From: an uncultured Poribacteria bacterium
GTDB taxonomy: Bacteria > Poribacteria > WGA-4E > WGA-3G
Assembly: GCA_951813565.1 (NCBI GenBank)
Contig: OX638351.1
Span: forward strand, 2,304,001-2,368,000
Reading direction: 5' to 3'
DNA: 64,000 nt
Of the stretch, positions 29,914 through 39,492 are shown one piece after another. How positions within the stretch are numbered: the first letter of the stretch is position 1; each line of letters starts with the position of its first letter. A model generated the notes under the pieces. That model worked only from the letters and a program-made list of their open reading frames with translations, made no database searches and was not told the DNA's origin. A program made the translations under genes and the position numbers.

Positions 29914-31650
29914 ATGGAAAATAAAGCACCCGATTGGGTGAAAGTAGCTGAGTTAAGCGAAGTGCCTGAGGGACAACCGAAGGCAATTAAAATGGGAGCA
30001 GGTCGTAGTATTGCCCTCTTTAATGTTGACGGGAAAATTTATGCGACCGATAACCAGTGTCCACACATGGGTTACCCATTAACGCGAGGCACAATCCGAA
30101 ACGGTATCCTGACATGCGATTGGCACCGCCGCAGTTTTGATTTAGAGGGTGGTGGTTGTTTCCACGTCGAATGTGATGATTTGAAGGTTTTTCCGGTGGA
30201 TATCCGAGGTAACGAAATTTGGATTGAACCGGGAGATATGATATATCGTCGCGCTGAAGAACATAAGCAGTTGCTCCGAGAAGGTCTTTTAAGCGAAGAC
30301 CGATGGACAATGTCCAAAGCAATTGCCCTGTTACTTAAAGGTGGCGTGCCGGAAGAAGAGGTGATGGGTTCAATTCTGGAACACGTCGCCCGACATATTC
30401 CTTCTGCTCATGGATCAGAAGGTGGTGGCGATGTCTCTAAACTCATCAATGGACTCAGAGTTGGCAGCAGATATGAGGGTGAAGATAGGCTTATCGCTGT
30501 TACGACTGCTGCGTGTTCTGCTGCAGGAGAAGCACGTCAACGGCTTGAAGTTGTGCCGCTGCCTGAACCTGTTTCTTGGGAAAAGATAGAACGATGGGTC
30601 CGTATCTTCTCTTATGAAGGACAAGCCGGACGTATTGAGCGATGCTTGTTCACAGCATACCATAAAGGCGATGCAGATAAATTGCGCCCGCTACTCTTTG
30701 AATGTGCTGTTGAACCCAATTTTATTGATAATCCACAGATTCCACTTTATGTGAGTTATCTTTCTGAAGTCGTTGACGAATTTGGGTGGGATAGAACTGC
30801 GGACCTGTTCTTCTATCTTGGTGCAGACCTCGTCGGACATCATCCCGCGGATCCAGAACGGTATCGCAGAGATGCGATCAATCTCATGAGAGAGATGCTA
30901 CCGATAATTGAAAGTGCCGCTTTAGAACGAACGAATAAATTTGACGAAGACGCTTTTGTTGAGGCACTTACAAGTGTCAATCTCCAACGCTCTTTTGAGG
31001 AAGTACAGGCAGTCTTAGTTGATGGTGTTAAGTTAGATAGAGTCATTACGTCACTTGTTCTACTCGCAGCGGATAGAATGGCAAGCACACCTGTTAATGT
31101 AGATGCAGGTTGGTGGAACTTAACAATGGAACTCAACCTTGCGTCATCTTTACGGAGTGCGCAACAGGTTGGTGGAAACCTTGTCGCAGCGAAAGGGCTT
31201 TTCCACGTTGCGTGGCAAATCTTCGCAGACCGCTGGATAAACATATCCTCACGACCCCTCAGCGAACCGTTGAGTGAAGAAAAACTTGATGTCGCAAATG
31301 AAGCAGAGGGTATCAAACACATTATTGGAACGATTGAGTCACTCAACGTGCAAGATGTGGGACCACAAGTCCTTGGCTATCTAAATGCTGGTTATTCTGG
31401 TGAACGATTACTTGAAGCGATCGGGCATTCAGTGCTTTGGGATGATACAGGAAGTGAAGTCCTACCGACATTGCGAACTGTATTTGAAGAATGGAAGCAT
31501 GCTGAAGGACACCCCGCACAGCCACAATTGTTGGTCGGTTTAGCACGATATGTTACAGATATCCGATCCAATACGGATAACAAATCTGCAGCTACCACAG
31601 CGATGAATTTTGCTGAAGGTAGAACAACAATTGAGGTCTTTGAGGAGTAA
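29914..31650 (+). CDS. Rieske [2Fe-2S] ferredoxin fused to a ~470-aa helical domain (paralogue 1)
   Basis: CPH...CDWH Rieske ligands in a NirD-like N-terminal domain. Confidence 0.85.
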   Translation: MENKAPDWVKVAELSEVPEGQPKAIKMGAGRSIALFNVDGKIYATDNQCPHMGYPLTRGTIRNGILTCDWHRRSFDLEGGGCFHVECDDLKVFPVDIRGNEIWIEPGDMIYRRAEEHKQLLREGLLSEDRWTMSKAIALLLKGGVPEEEVMGSILEHVARHIPSAHGSEGGGDVSKLINGLRVGSRYEGEDRLIAVTTAACSAAGEARQRLEVVPLPEPVSWEKIERWVRIFSYEGQAGRIERCLFTAYHKGDADKLRPLLFECAVEPNFIDNPQIPLYVSYLSEVVDEFGWDRTADLFFYLGADLVGHHPADPERYRRDAINLMREMLPIIESAALERTNKFDEDAFVEALTSVNLQRSFEEVQAVLVDGVKLDRVITSLVLLAADRMASTPVNVDAGWWNLTMELNLASSLRSAQQVGGNLVAAKGLFHVAWQIFADRWINISSRPLSEPLSEEKLDVANEAEGIKHIIGTIESLNVQDVGPQVLGYLNAGYSGERLLEAIGHSVLWDDTGSEVLPTLRTVFEEWKHAEGHPAQPQLLVGLARYVTDIRSNTDNKSAATTAMNFAEGRTTIEVFEE

Positions 31651-31656
31651 TCCCTG

Positions 31657-32937
31657 ATGCGCCAAAATGCTTGGCACTTGCAGCAAACAGCATTCATTGA
31701 TGCAGTGAGAAACGGGGACGCGGATCGGGTTAAATCCTTGTTGACTGATAACAATGAACTTATCGCCTACATTGATGAGCCTTGGTTCTCCTTTGATGCA
31801 CCAGCAATTGTGTTTGCCGCTGGCGGAGGTAATCGCCCCCTTGTGGATGTGTTACTTGATGCAGGGGCAAACATTGATGTCAAGAGTTCTTGGTGGGCAG
31901 GTGGCACTTCGGCACTGCAGCATGCGTCCGGTTCAATGCTCGGATACAACAGGGAATTAGCTGAGTATCTAATTGAACGCGGCGCAACGATTGACGCACA
32001 TTCAGCAGCTGGTTTAGATATGGTGGATACGCTTGAGGAGCTGATTCGTGAAAAACCGGATGTTGTCAATGCTCTGGGGAGTGACGGGATGTCCCCGCTT
32101 CATTTCTCCGCGACATCCCGAATTGCCGAACTGCTCCTCAAGCACGGCGCGGACATAAATCTACGCGATCGCGACCATAACGGAACTGCAGCGCAATGGA
32201 CGATGCAGAGACGACCTGAAGTATGTAAATACCTCCTGGACCAGGGTGCTGAGGCAGATGTCGTCCTCTATTGTGCAATGGGGGACGTTGAACGGGCAAG
32301 GGCAGAATTCCAAAAAAATCCTGAGATCCTCACGCTTCGGATAAACATGAAAGCTCCTGAAGGTTTCATTATCCCATCGTCAAAGGTTAACGATGACCAA
32401 ACAGAGGTTGTTCCCGGTGGACATGTCTATGTCTATCAGGTTGGACCGACCATGCCGTTACTTGAGATAGCACTTCGTTTTAAACAACCAGAAATCGTTG
32501 ATCTGCTCATTGACTTAGGTTATGAGATCAACTTGCGAGATTGGTATACGCTTGTTGGGCAGGGACCTAAGCGGTTTGATGAATTGGTGAAAGGGTTTCT
32601 TGCCAAAGGTTTGGATATTAACGCACGTCAAAAACATCGACGTGGCATGTGGACACCACTACATTGGGTCGCACAACGCGGCCTGACTGACGGTATCGCA
32701 TGTCTATTGGCAAACGGTGCCGACCCGAATGTGCCCGATGACAAAGGGCAAACGCCGCTACACTTCATCGCACAGAAGGGTATTGGCAAAAACCAAGTAG
32801 AGCTGCTAATTGAACACGGTGCTGATGTTAATGTACGTGATAATGCTGGACAGACGCCGCTTGATTATGCCAAGAAAGCGAACAAAAAGTCAGTTTTAAC
32901 ATTTCTGACTGAATTAGCAGAGAAACGCAGTAGTTAA
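31657..32937 (+). CDS. Ankyrin repeat protein
   Basis: Multiple TPLH/SPLH...LL..GAD.N repeats. Confidence 0.9.
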   Translation: MRQNAWHLQQTAFIDAVRNGDADRVKSLLTDNNELIAYIDEPWFSFDAPAIVFAAGGGNRPLVDVLLDAGANIDVKSSWWAGGTSALQHASGSMLGYNRELAEYLIERGATIDAHSAAGLDMVDTLEELIREKPDVVNALGSDGMSPLHFSATSRIAELLLKHGADINLRDRDHNGTAAQWTMQRRPEVCKYLLDQGAEADVVLYCAMGDVERARAEFQKNPEILTLRINMKAPEGFIIPSSKVNDDQTEVVPGGHVYVYQVGPTMPLLEIALRFKQPEIVDLLIDLGYEINLRDWYTLVGQGPKRFDELVKGFLAKGLDINARQKHRRGMWTPLHWVAQRGLTDGIACLLANGADPNVPDDKGQTPLHFIAQKGIGKNQVELLIEHGADVNVRDNAGQTPLDYAKKANKKSVLTFLTELAEKRSS

Positions 32938-32991
32938 TTTGTCGGTAAGAGCAATTGGTTCTCACCGTTGATGTAATAGGAGAGATATATA

Positions 32992-34740
32992 ATGTTATCA
33001 GAAAACGGAAATTTCGTAAAAGTCGCTACCCGAAGCGATATAGCAGAGGGAAAACCGAGGGCAGTTAGAGTTGAAGGACATAGTATTGCCCTCTTTGAAC
33101 ATGAAGGTGCTGTTTACGCAACAGATAACCAGTGCCCACACATGGGATACCCGCTAATAAGAGGGCATGTCAAAAGAGGCGTTTTGTCGTGCGACTGGCA
33201 CGGTTGGAGTTACGACATGGAAGGCGGTGGATGCTTCACCGGTGGTTGTGATGACCTCGCCACATTTCCTGTTGATGTACGGAACGGTGATATTTATGTT
33301 GATATCGGCAAAGGTGGAAAAAAACGGGACGATGCACATTTTCTCTTACTGAAAGAGGGATTATTTTCTCATGACAGTTGGACGCTGTCCAAAGCTATCG
33401 CCATTATGTTAGCGAAAGGCGTTTCAGAGGATGAAACGTTGGAGATTATGGTCAAGCACATGGTACGGCATATTACGACAGCCGAAGGATTTCGCAGTGG
33501 CGGCGGACGTGTCGCAACGCTGATGTACGGAATTAAAGTCGCCCACATGTATGAAGCGGAAGACCGGTTAATTCCGCTGATGATGGCTGCGACACATGCT
33601 GCTGGTGGACATAATGATCGTCCTGACCGCGAACCCCTTCCACCACCTGTTAACTGGGAAAAACTTGAAAACTGGATTAGAGTGTTCACTGTCGATAAAG
33701 AGTGGGAAGGCATAGAAAAATGTCTTATCACAGCGAGAGAGTTAGGGGGGCATGAAGACAAATTCATCCCGCTCTTCATGGATTGTGCGTCCCAGTGGTT
33801 CTTTCTCAGTAGTTCCAGAAACCTTATTGATCTGGCACTTCTGGCTGAATTACTTGAAAAATGGGGCTGGGAGTTGACAGGGGAATTAGTGTGCAACCTC
33901 AGCGCAAAGATACTTGGACAAGGCCGTGGCAGACCCGGTGAACGTCTTCGTGAAGCCATCCAAAAACTGGAAGAAATTGAGCATATCTTTGATGACCTTC
34001 CGCAGGAAAAATCTCCTGATGCAGACGTTGACTTTGACGAAGATCAATTATCTGCCGCTCTGGTTAGTGGAGATATAGACACAATTTTTGATGCTATAAC
34101 GAAAGTGCTCACCGCGGGTGTTCCCATTAACACGATTGCTACAACCATGGTCATGACCGCTGGTGATAGGATGGCAAGAACACCAGTTAACATGAGCCCC
34201 GGTTGGTGGGAATTACAGGAAGAGATGGAATTAGCGGCCAACATCAGAAAGGTGCTCCGTTTCGGTGGCACCAAAGTTGCCGCAAAGGCACTCTACCATT
34301 GTGCCTGGAGATTTTACGCTAACCGATGGTTAAACATCCGACATCAACCGATTTCAGAAGCGAGAACGACTTCAACAACTAAAGTTCTTGATGAAGATAT
34401 GGCAATTGCCGCAATTATTGATGGGATAGAATCTGTCCGCATCCAGGAAATCGGTCGACGTACTCGTGAATATCTGAACTCAGGATGCTCCGCTGAACGG
34501 TTATTGGCTGAGATGGGACAATGTATCCTCAAGGATGATAGAGGAGACAATCTTCTTAGTAGCATCTATATCGTGTCTGATGAATGGAAAAGGTGCGAGT
34601 CACATCCTGCCAGAAATCAACTGATTGTTGGGTTAGCACGTTGGGCAACGGATATTCGCAGAAATACCGGGAACGATTCCGCCGTGCAAACTGCACACCG
34701 CTTTGCAAAAGGTGAAACCGCAACGGAACTCTACGAATAG
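32992..34740 (+). CDS. Rieske [2Fe-2S] ferredoxin fused to a helical domain (paralogue 2)
   Basis: CPH...CDWH; colinear with 29914..31650 (WTLSKAIA, DRMARTPVN..GWW, HPA..QL.VGLAR). Confidence 0.85.
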   Translation: MLSENGNFVKVATRSDIAEGKPRAVRVEGHSIALFEHEGAVYATDNQCPHMGYPLIRGHVKRGVLSCDWHGWSYDMEGGGCFTGGCDDLATFPVDVRNGDIYVDIGKGGKKRDDAHFLLLKEGLFSHDSWTLSKAIAIMLAKGVSEDETLEIMVKHMVRHITTAEGFRSGGGRVATLMYGIKVAHMYEAEDRLIPLMMAATHAAGGHNDRPDREPLPPPVNWEKLENWIRVFTVDKEWEGIEKCLITARELGGHEDKFIPLFMDCASQWFFLSSSRNLIDLALLAELLEKWGWELTGELVCNLSAKILGQGRGRPGERLREAIQKLEEIEHIFDDLPQEKSPDADVDFDEDQLSAALVSGDIDTIFDAITKVLTAGVPINTIATTMVMTAGDRMARTPVNMSPGWWELQEEMELAANIRKVLRFGGTKVAAKALYHCAWRFYANRWLNIRHQPISEARTTSTTKVLDEDMAIAAIIDGIESVRIQEIGRRTREYLNSGCSAERLLAEMGQCILKDDRGDNLLSSIYIVSDEWKRCESHPARNQLIVGLARWATDIRRNTGNDSAVQTAHRFAKGETATELYE

Positions 34741-34757
34741 TATTATTAGCCATTATT

Positions 34758-34793
34758 GTAGGGCAGGGTTTATTACCTTTGCCCTACTTTTTT
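34758..34793 (+). terminator. Intrinsic terminator
   Basis: Stem GTAGGGCA/TGCCCTAC followed by T6. Confidence 0.65.
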
Positions 34794-35020
34794 ATCTTAC
34801 GTAGGTTGAGTTTCGCCAACTACCTGTAGTGTCAATTTAAGAAAGGCACAACACACTTAACCTTAGACGGTAGGAGCGGTTTCTAACCGCTCCGTATTAT
34901 CCGAAAGTGCTATTGTGGGAGGCGTTTTCAACGCCGATACAAACAAATCGGGCGGACAAAGTCTCCAACAAGAAAGACTATACATTAATTGAAACTTATA
35001 ACTCAAACTCCCGTTAACAA

Positions 35021-36046
35021 ATGAAAAAAATCTTTATATTTATTCTTTTTAGTCTATTATCCGTGTCAGTTCATGGGGCATCGTTGGAACTCGCCTTTCA
35101 ACTGGGCGAAAAACAGCACCCACGGCTTGACAGGTTGTTGCCTGATGTTGTACGGTATATGGCTTTTAACAAGGATAGCACAAAGTTAATTGCTAAAGGC
35201 ATGGATGGAACCTTGGTAGAGTGGGATATTCAGTCACGCCAAAAGCGAGAAATAGGAAATATTCAAGCAAAGCGATTGTTTGTTTATACTGCAGGTACTA
35301 ATCAACTTTTAATTCAGAAAGAGGATGATGTCACGATTCTCAATCTCGGAGATAGCAATGAAACACAGGTAACAAAGGGACAGTATGAAAGTGGGAGTCT
35401 ATCAGCAGATGGTACTTTGGTAGTATTGTCAAAAGGTGACAAAGAATTTGGGTTTTGGCAAATCGCTAAGAAGAGTCTGAAGTCAGTGAAAACCTTTCAG
35501 ACAACCTTCCCAGTGAGAAACGGTCTTAAACTTTCTAATGATGGTAAGTATGTTGCGGCTGCAGAAGGGATTTATCGCAATGGTGAGGGACATCGCACAA
35601 TTATTGAGATTTGGGATGCAAACACTGAAAAGCAACCTATGCGTGTTTTTAACACAGGTGAAATCTTGGGCGTGTGGAACGTGATATTTTCAGATAGCGG
35701 AAAGATGCTTGCAGTAGATACGCAACGCAACGCAAAATCTGGAATCCGCGTATGGGGTGTAAAAACAGGCGCACAACTTCTCAATAAATCTGGGTTTGAG
35801 GCATACTGGACACGCGCTCTCGCTTTCGCGCCCAATAACAAATCAAATCCTACAGAATATCTTGCCTCTGGAGACGAGAAGGGCAATCTCCGAATATGGA
35901 AAATTCCCGGTGGTGAATCAATAATTTGGGAAAACTATCCAACTGGCATTCAAGCGTTAGCCTTTTCACCCAACGGAGAGTATTTGGCAGTTGCATTGTG
36001 GGATGCTACAACGCAGATTTTAAGGTGGAAAAGAGATGAACAATAA
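35021..36046 (+). CDS. Exported WD40 beta-propeller protein
   Basis: Signal peptide and repeats such as 'LAFSPNGEYLA' and 'LRIW'; overlaps the next gene. Confidence 0.8.
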   Translation: MKKIFIFILFSLLSVSVHGASLELAFQLGEKQHPRLDRLLPDVVRYMAFNKDSTKLIAKGMDGTLVEWDIQSRQKREIGNIQAKRLFVYTAGTNQLLIQKEDDVTILNLGDSNETQVTKGQYESGSLSADGTLVVLSKGDKEFGFWQIAKKSLKSVKTFQTTFPVRNGLKLSNDGKYVAAAEGIYRNGEGHRTIIEIWDANTEKQPMRVFNTGEILGVWNVIFSDSGKMLAVDTQRNAKSGIRVWGVKTGAQLLNKSGFEAYWTRALAFAPNNKSNPTEYLASGDEKGNLRIWKIPGGESIIWENYPTGIQALAFSPNGEYLAVALWDATTQILRWKRDEQ

Positions 36047-36542
36047 TAACGAATCTTACACTGATGAAAAAGGACGCACCCGATGGCGCGTCAACGATGA
36101 AATCTCGTTGAAGCTATTGGAACTTCATACCTTCCTGATTATGTCAGACTACCCAGAAGACCATGCATCACGATATCCTCGTTTGGCACATTCCATCTCC
36201 CGTTTTCCAGAATCCGTTGCAGATCTTGTCGAGCAAGGAAGGTTAATAGAAGAAATTGGCGGAGTTGGTGAAATAGTTGAGACAATCATCACTGAATATC
36301 TAAAAACTGGAACGTGCTCGAAAATACAGGACTACGCAGGAGACATTCCGCAGACAGTTGCAGAACTTGTTCCTATCCCTGGACTTGGTGCAAAGACGAT
36401 TAAACGTTTATATGAGGATATTGAGGTTGATAGTCTTGCGTCCCTCCGTGCAGCAATTGATGAGGGTAAACTCAAAGGTTTTAAAGGCATTGGAAAGAAG
36501 ACATTAGATAAAATTGAGGGATACCTCAATACAAACTTATAA
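36036..36542 (+). CDS. Stand-alone PolX N-terminal helix-hairpin-helix protein (copy 1)
   Basis: HhH motifs IGGVG, IPGLGAK and FKGIGKK; no palm or PHP domain. Confidence 0.8.
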   Translation: MNNNNESYTDEKGRTRWRVNDEISLKLLELHTFLIMSDYPEDHASRYPRLAHSISRFPESVADLVEQGRLIEEIGGVGEIVETIITEYLKTGTCSKIQDYAGDIPQTVAELVPIPGLGAKTIKRLYEDIEVDSLASLRAAIDEGKLKGFKGIGKKTLDKIEGYLNTNL

Positions 36543-36593
36543 GTAAATATATTTTGAATAGCGGGTATAAGGGGCCGCAATAGAGATGATATT

Positions 36594-36830
36594 ATGGCAA
36601 AATCGCGAACAACCGGTGAAATGGTTGATGGTAAAAAACATGGATATTGGATTACCTACTACGCGAATGGAATAAAACGCAGCGAAGGAAACTATATTCA
36701 TGGCAAAAAGGATGGGCGTTGGATTCAGTACCACAAGAATGGCAACAAAGCAACTGAAGCCTGCTTCTCTGATGACAAGTTGAAGGAAATTATATATCCT
36801 ATCATGAAAATGAGAACATGCAAATTTTAG
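36594..36830 (+). pseudogene. Truncated, frameshifted MORN-variant (YwqK-like) repeat protein
   Basis: Colinear with 38343 and 42399 until a 1-nt deletion near 36780 (GACAAGT-TGAAGG vs DKYEG); C-terminal half missing. Confidence 0.75.
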
Positions 36831-37154
36831 CAACTAATTAGGATAAGATGCAACAATGTCAGTCGTTCTTCTTGTAGGAGCGAGTTCCAGCTCGCGACTC
36901 TCTAAAATCATGGTAATCTCGAAATCCTGAAAATCCTGGTTCAGACAAATAGTAGTACAGGATCCCTATAAGTGATTTATGAAATTGATTCTAAAATGGA
37001 GAAAAATGAAAAATTAGGAAAAATTGGGCGAAAATTTAATTGCATCAGCAAAGGCTGGCGATATGACACAAGTCCGAGAACTTGTAGAAAACGGAGCTGA
37101 TCCAAACCATAGCTGGATTCTGCCTTTCATGTGGGCATATTTTGGAAGGAACGT

Positions 37155-37631
37155 ATGACAAAGAACACCGATGAACTAACCAACGATGAAATCGCACAGA
37201 AACTGATGGAACTCCATACCATTTTGATTGTTGCTGATTATCCAGAAGACCATGCAGCGCGCTACCCTCGTTTAGCGTATACAATTTCTCGCATGGAGGA
37301 ATCAGTGGCGGAACTGGCAACGCAAGGAAAGTTGCAAGAGGCAATTCCGGGTGTTGGAGATATAGTCTCAACTATCATCATTGAATATGTTGAGACTGGA
37401 ACATGTTCAAAATTACAGGAGTACGCAAGTGATGTCCCGCAGACAATTGTTGAACTCATTCCTATCCCCGGACTCGGTCCGAAAACAATTAAACTTCTGT
37501 ATCAGGAGGCAGGCATTGACAGTCTCTTATCACTCCGAACAGCAATTGATGAAAGCAAATTGAAAGGAATCAAAGGTGTTGGTCCGAAGACGATAGAGAA
37601 ATTTGAGGAATACCTTGATGAAAATTTGTAA
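37155..37631 (+). CDS. Stand-alone PolX N-terminal HhH protein (copy 2)
   Basis: IPGVG, IPGLGPK and IKGVGPK; shares DYPEDHA.RYPRLA with copy 1. Start ATG 37155 follows AAGGA. Confidence 0.8.
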   Translation: MTKNTDELTNDEIAQKLMELHTILIVADYPEDHAARYPRLAYTISRMEESVAELATQGKLQEAIPGVGDIVSTIIIEYVETGTCSKLQEYASDVPQTIVELIPIPGLGPKTIKLLYQEAGIDSLLSLRTAIDESKLKGIKGVGPKTIEKFEEYLDENL

Positions 37632-38284
37632 TACCATTTTGAATGCTCGCTTTTGATTAACGAGAAACACGTTTGTAGTCGCGCAATTCATTGCGCCTCT
37701 TACATTCACCTTCCGAATTTCAAAATTCCATTAAATCTCCTAATAGACATTATAACGTTTTAATTGTCCGTAGTTTTTGGTCTCTCATAAAATCTAAAGT
37801 TCGTCCGTCGGGTAGCGCTTGCGAAACCCGACAATATGAAGGTTTCAAGGCAAACTGGGCAGGTTTCACACGGAAATCGAAGGAACACACCAAGCAGGTT
37901 TTGATAATAGTATTTCAGTCCCAACATGTCGGGTTTCGCAAGCTCTACCCATAAGTGTCAATTTAGCGATATATTTTCTTGTGGGAGGGCTTTTCAAGCC
38001 CGATTTTTACATCTTGAGTTCCGTAGGAACGATATGTTTGTAGCAAACGTGATAATCAATCTCTTGAGCGCCGTAGGAGCGACATAGATTCTATAAACAT
38101 TCCGCCTCTACGAGGCTAACACATTCACCAAAACCGATACATTTTCCCTAAATTGACGCCTATGGGTTTCGCAAGCGCTACCCGACGGACACCCCATCCA
38201 CTTTTGCCTATATTTCGGTCTTGGCATTATCAGACACTTCCGATTAAATCATGATAATGTCTAATGTAATTTTCAGAATTGGTA
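37632..38284. mobile_element. Multi-level nested MITE stack
   Basis: Outer TACCA..TGGTA with TAA flanks; inner AGACATTAT..ATAATGTCT (37745-38262); family A element (37951-38163) with 20-bp DRs at 37931 and 38164. Confidence 0.75.
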
Positions 38285-38342
38285 TAATAGGTATTCCTAA
38301 GAAAATGGGAAAACATTTCTACTTTACACAAGAGGTAAAATT

Positions 38343-38807
38343 ATGGCAAGTAAACTTGATACAGGCGAGATGGTTGATGGTAAAAAGCACGGTTATTGGA
38401 TTACTTATTACGCGAACGGGGTAAAACGAAGCGAAGGCAACTACATTCACGGTAAAAAGGATGGACCTTGGATCAATTATCACAAAAATGGGAACAAATC
38501 CGGTGAAGCCTCATTTCGCGATGGAAAATATGAAGGGCCTTGTATCAGCTATCATGAAAACGGGAACCTTAGATCCCGCGGTGCCTATCCTAAACATGAG
38601 GGTAAATCCTACGATGGCAAAAAGGAAGGACCATTTTACGGTTACGAAGAAGATGGAGAAACGGTGTGGATGATCGTAACCTACAAAAAAGGTGGCAGTC
38701 GTGCAAAACCGGATGAATATCCACTCGGAACGTGCGACGTTTGTGGCGAAGGCAGACGTTTAAATTGGGGTAATAGTTGTCCAAAGTGTGGTGCAGAAAT
38801 CGATTGA
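38343..38807 (+). CDS. MORN-variant (YwqK-like) repeat protein with C-terminal CxxC..CxxC Zn-ribbon
   Basis: Repeats G.W..YY.NG....EG.Y..GKK.G; C-terminus CDVC...CPKC. Confidence 0.8.
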   Translation: MASKLDTGEMVDGKKHGYWITYYANGVKRSEGNYIHGKKDGPWINYHKNGNKSGEASFRDGKYEGPCISYHENGNLRSRGAYPKHEGKSYDGKKEGPFYGYEEDGETVWMIVTYKKGGSRAKPDEYPLGTCDVCGEGRRLNWGNSCPKCGAEID

Positions 38808-39153
38808 TAACCCGAAAAATAAAAAATCATCCTATAATTCGTTTGTAGGGTCTACGAATCAACAAACGATTCACAATTGTGGCGTTGCTTCGCAAACTGA
38901 TTATTTTGGCAATTTTCCCAACCAATCTTTGAATTTTCTCTTCCATTCTCGCGAAACCGAAAACTATAGTGAACTTGAAAAATAAAGATACACATTTTCT
39001 GTAGGGGCGATCTCCGAATCGCGACGAAACTCACTGATAGTTGGGAATCGGAGTTCCCTCCCGCCAAATGCCAAACGCGCATTTGGCGTTGATTCACATC
39101 TCAAAATGTCCCGTTAATTCTAAAGCTTACTATAAACCCACCTCTGCAGCACT

Positions 39154-39341
39154 CAGAGGCATTCAATTGTCGAGTTTTCTAATCCAATAGTAAAAAAAAT
39201 AGCGTTTTCAAAGGTTAAAAGAGGCGCAATGAATTGCGCATGGTGAATGTGCGTCCGACATTCACATTAAACGCTTTTGTTGTTAAATCGGGGTTACAAA
39301 CCCCTCCTACAAGAGTGCTCCGTGACAATTGAATGGCTCTG
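39154..39341. mobile_element. 188-bp MITE with 18-bp TIR and 10-bp TSD (ISAs1-like)
   Basis: CAGAGGCATTCAATTGTC / GACAATTGAATGGCTCTG (17/18 match); TSD CTGCAGCACT at 39144 and 39342. Confidence 0.82.
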
Positions 39342-39492
39342 CTGCAGCACTACGAAAAGACTTAACAATTTGTATAAAATCAGGTATCATGGGACAGATA
39401 CATTAGGGTATTTAAGGAGATTTATAAAAATATGTTGACACCTACTCGTAGGAACGCTTTGAAAGAGCACATTAAATTATTTTTAGCACTCC

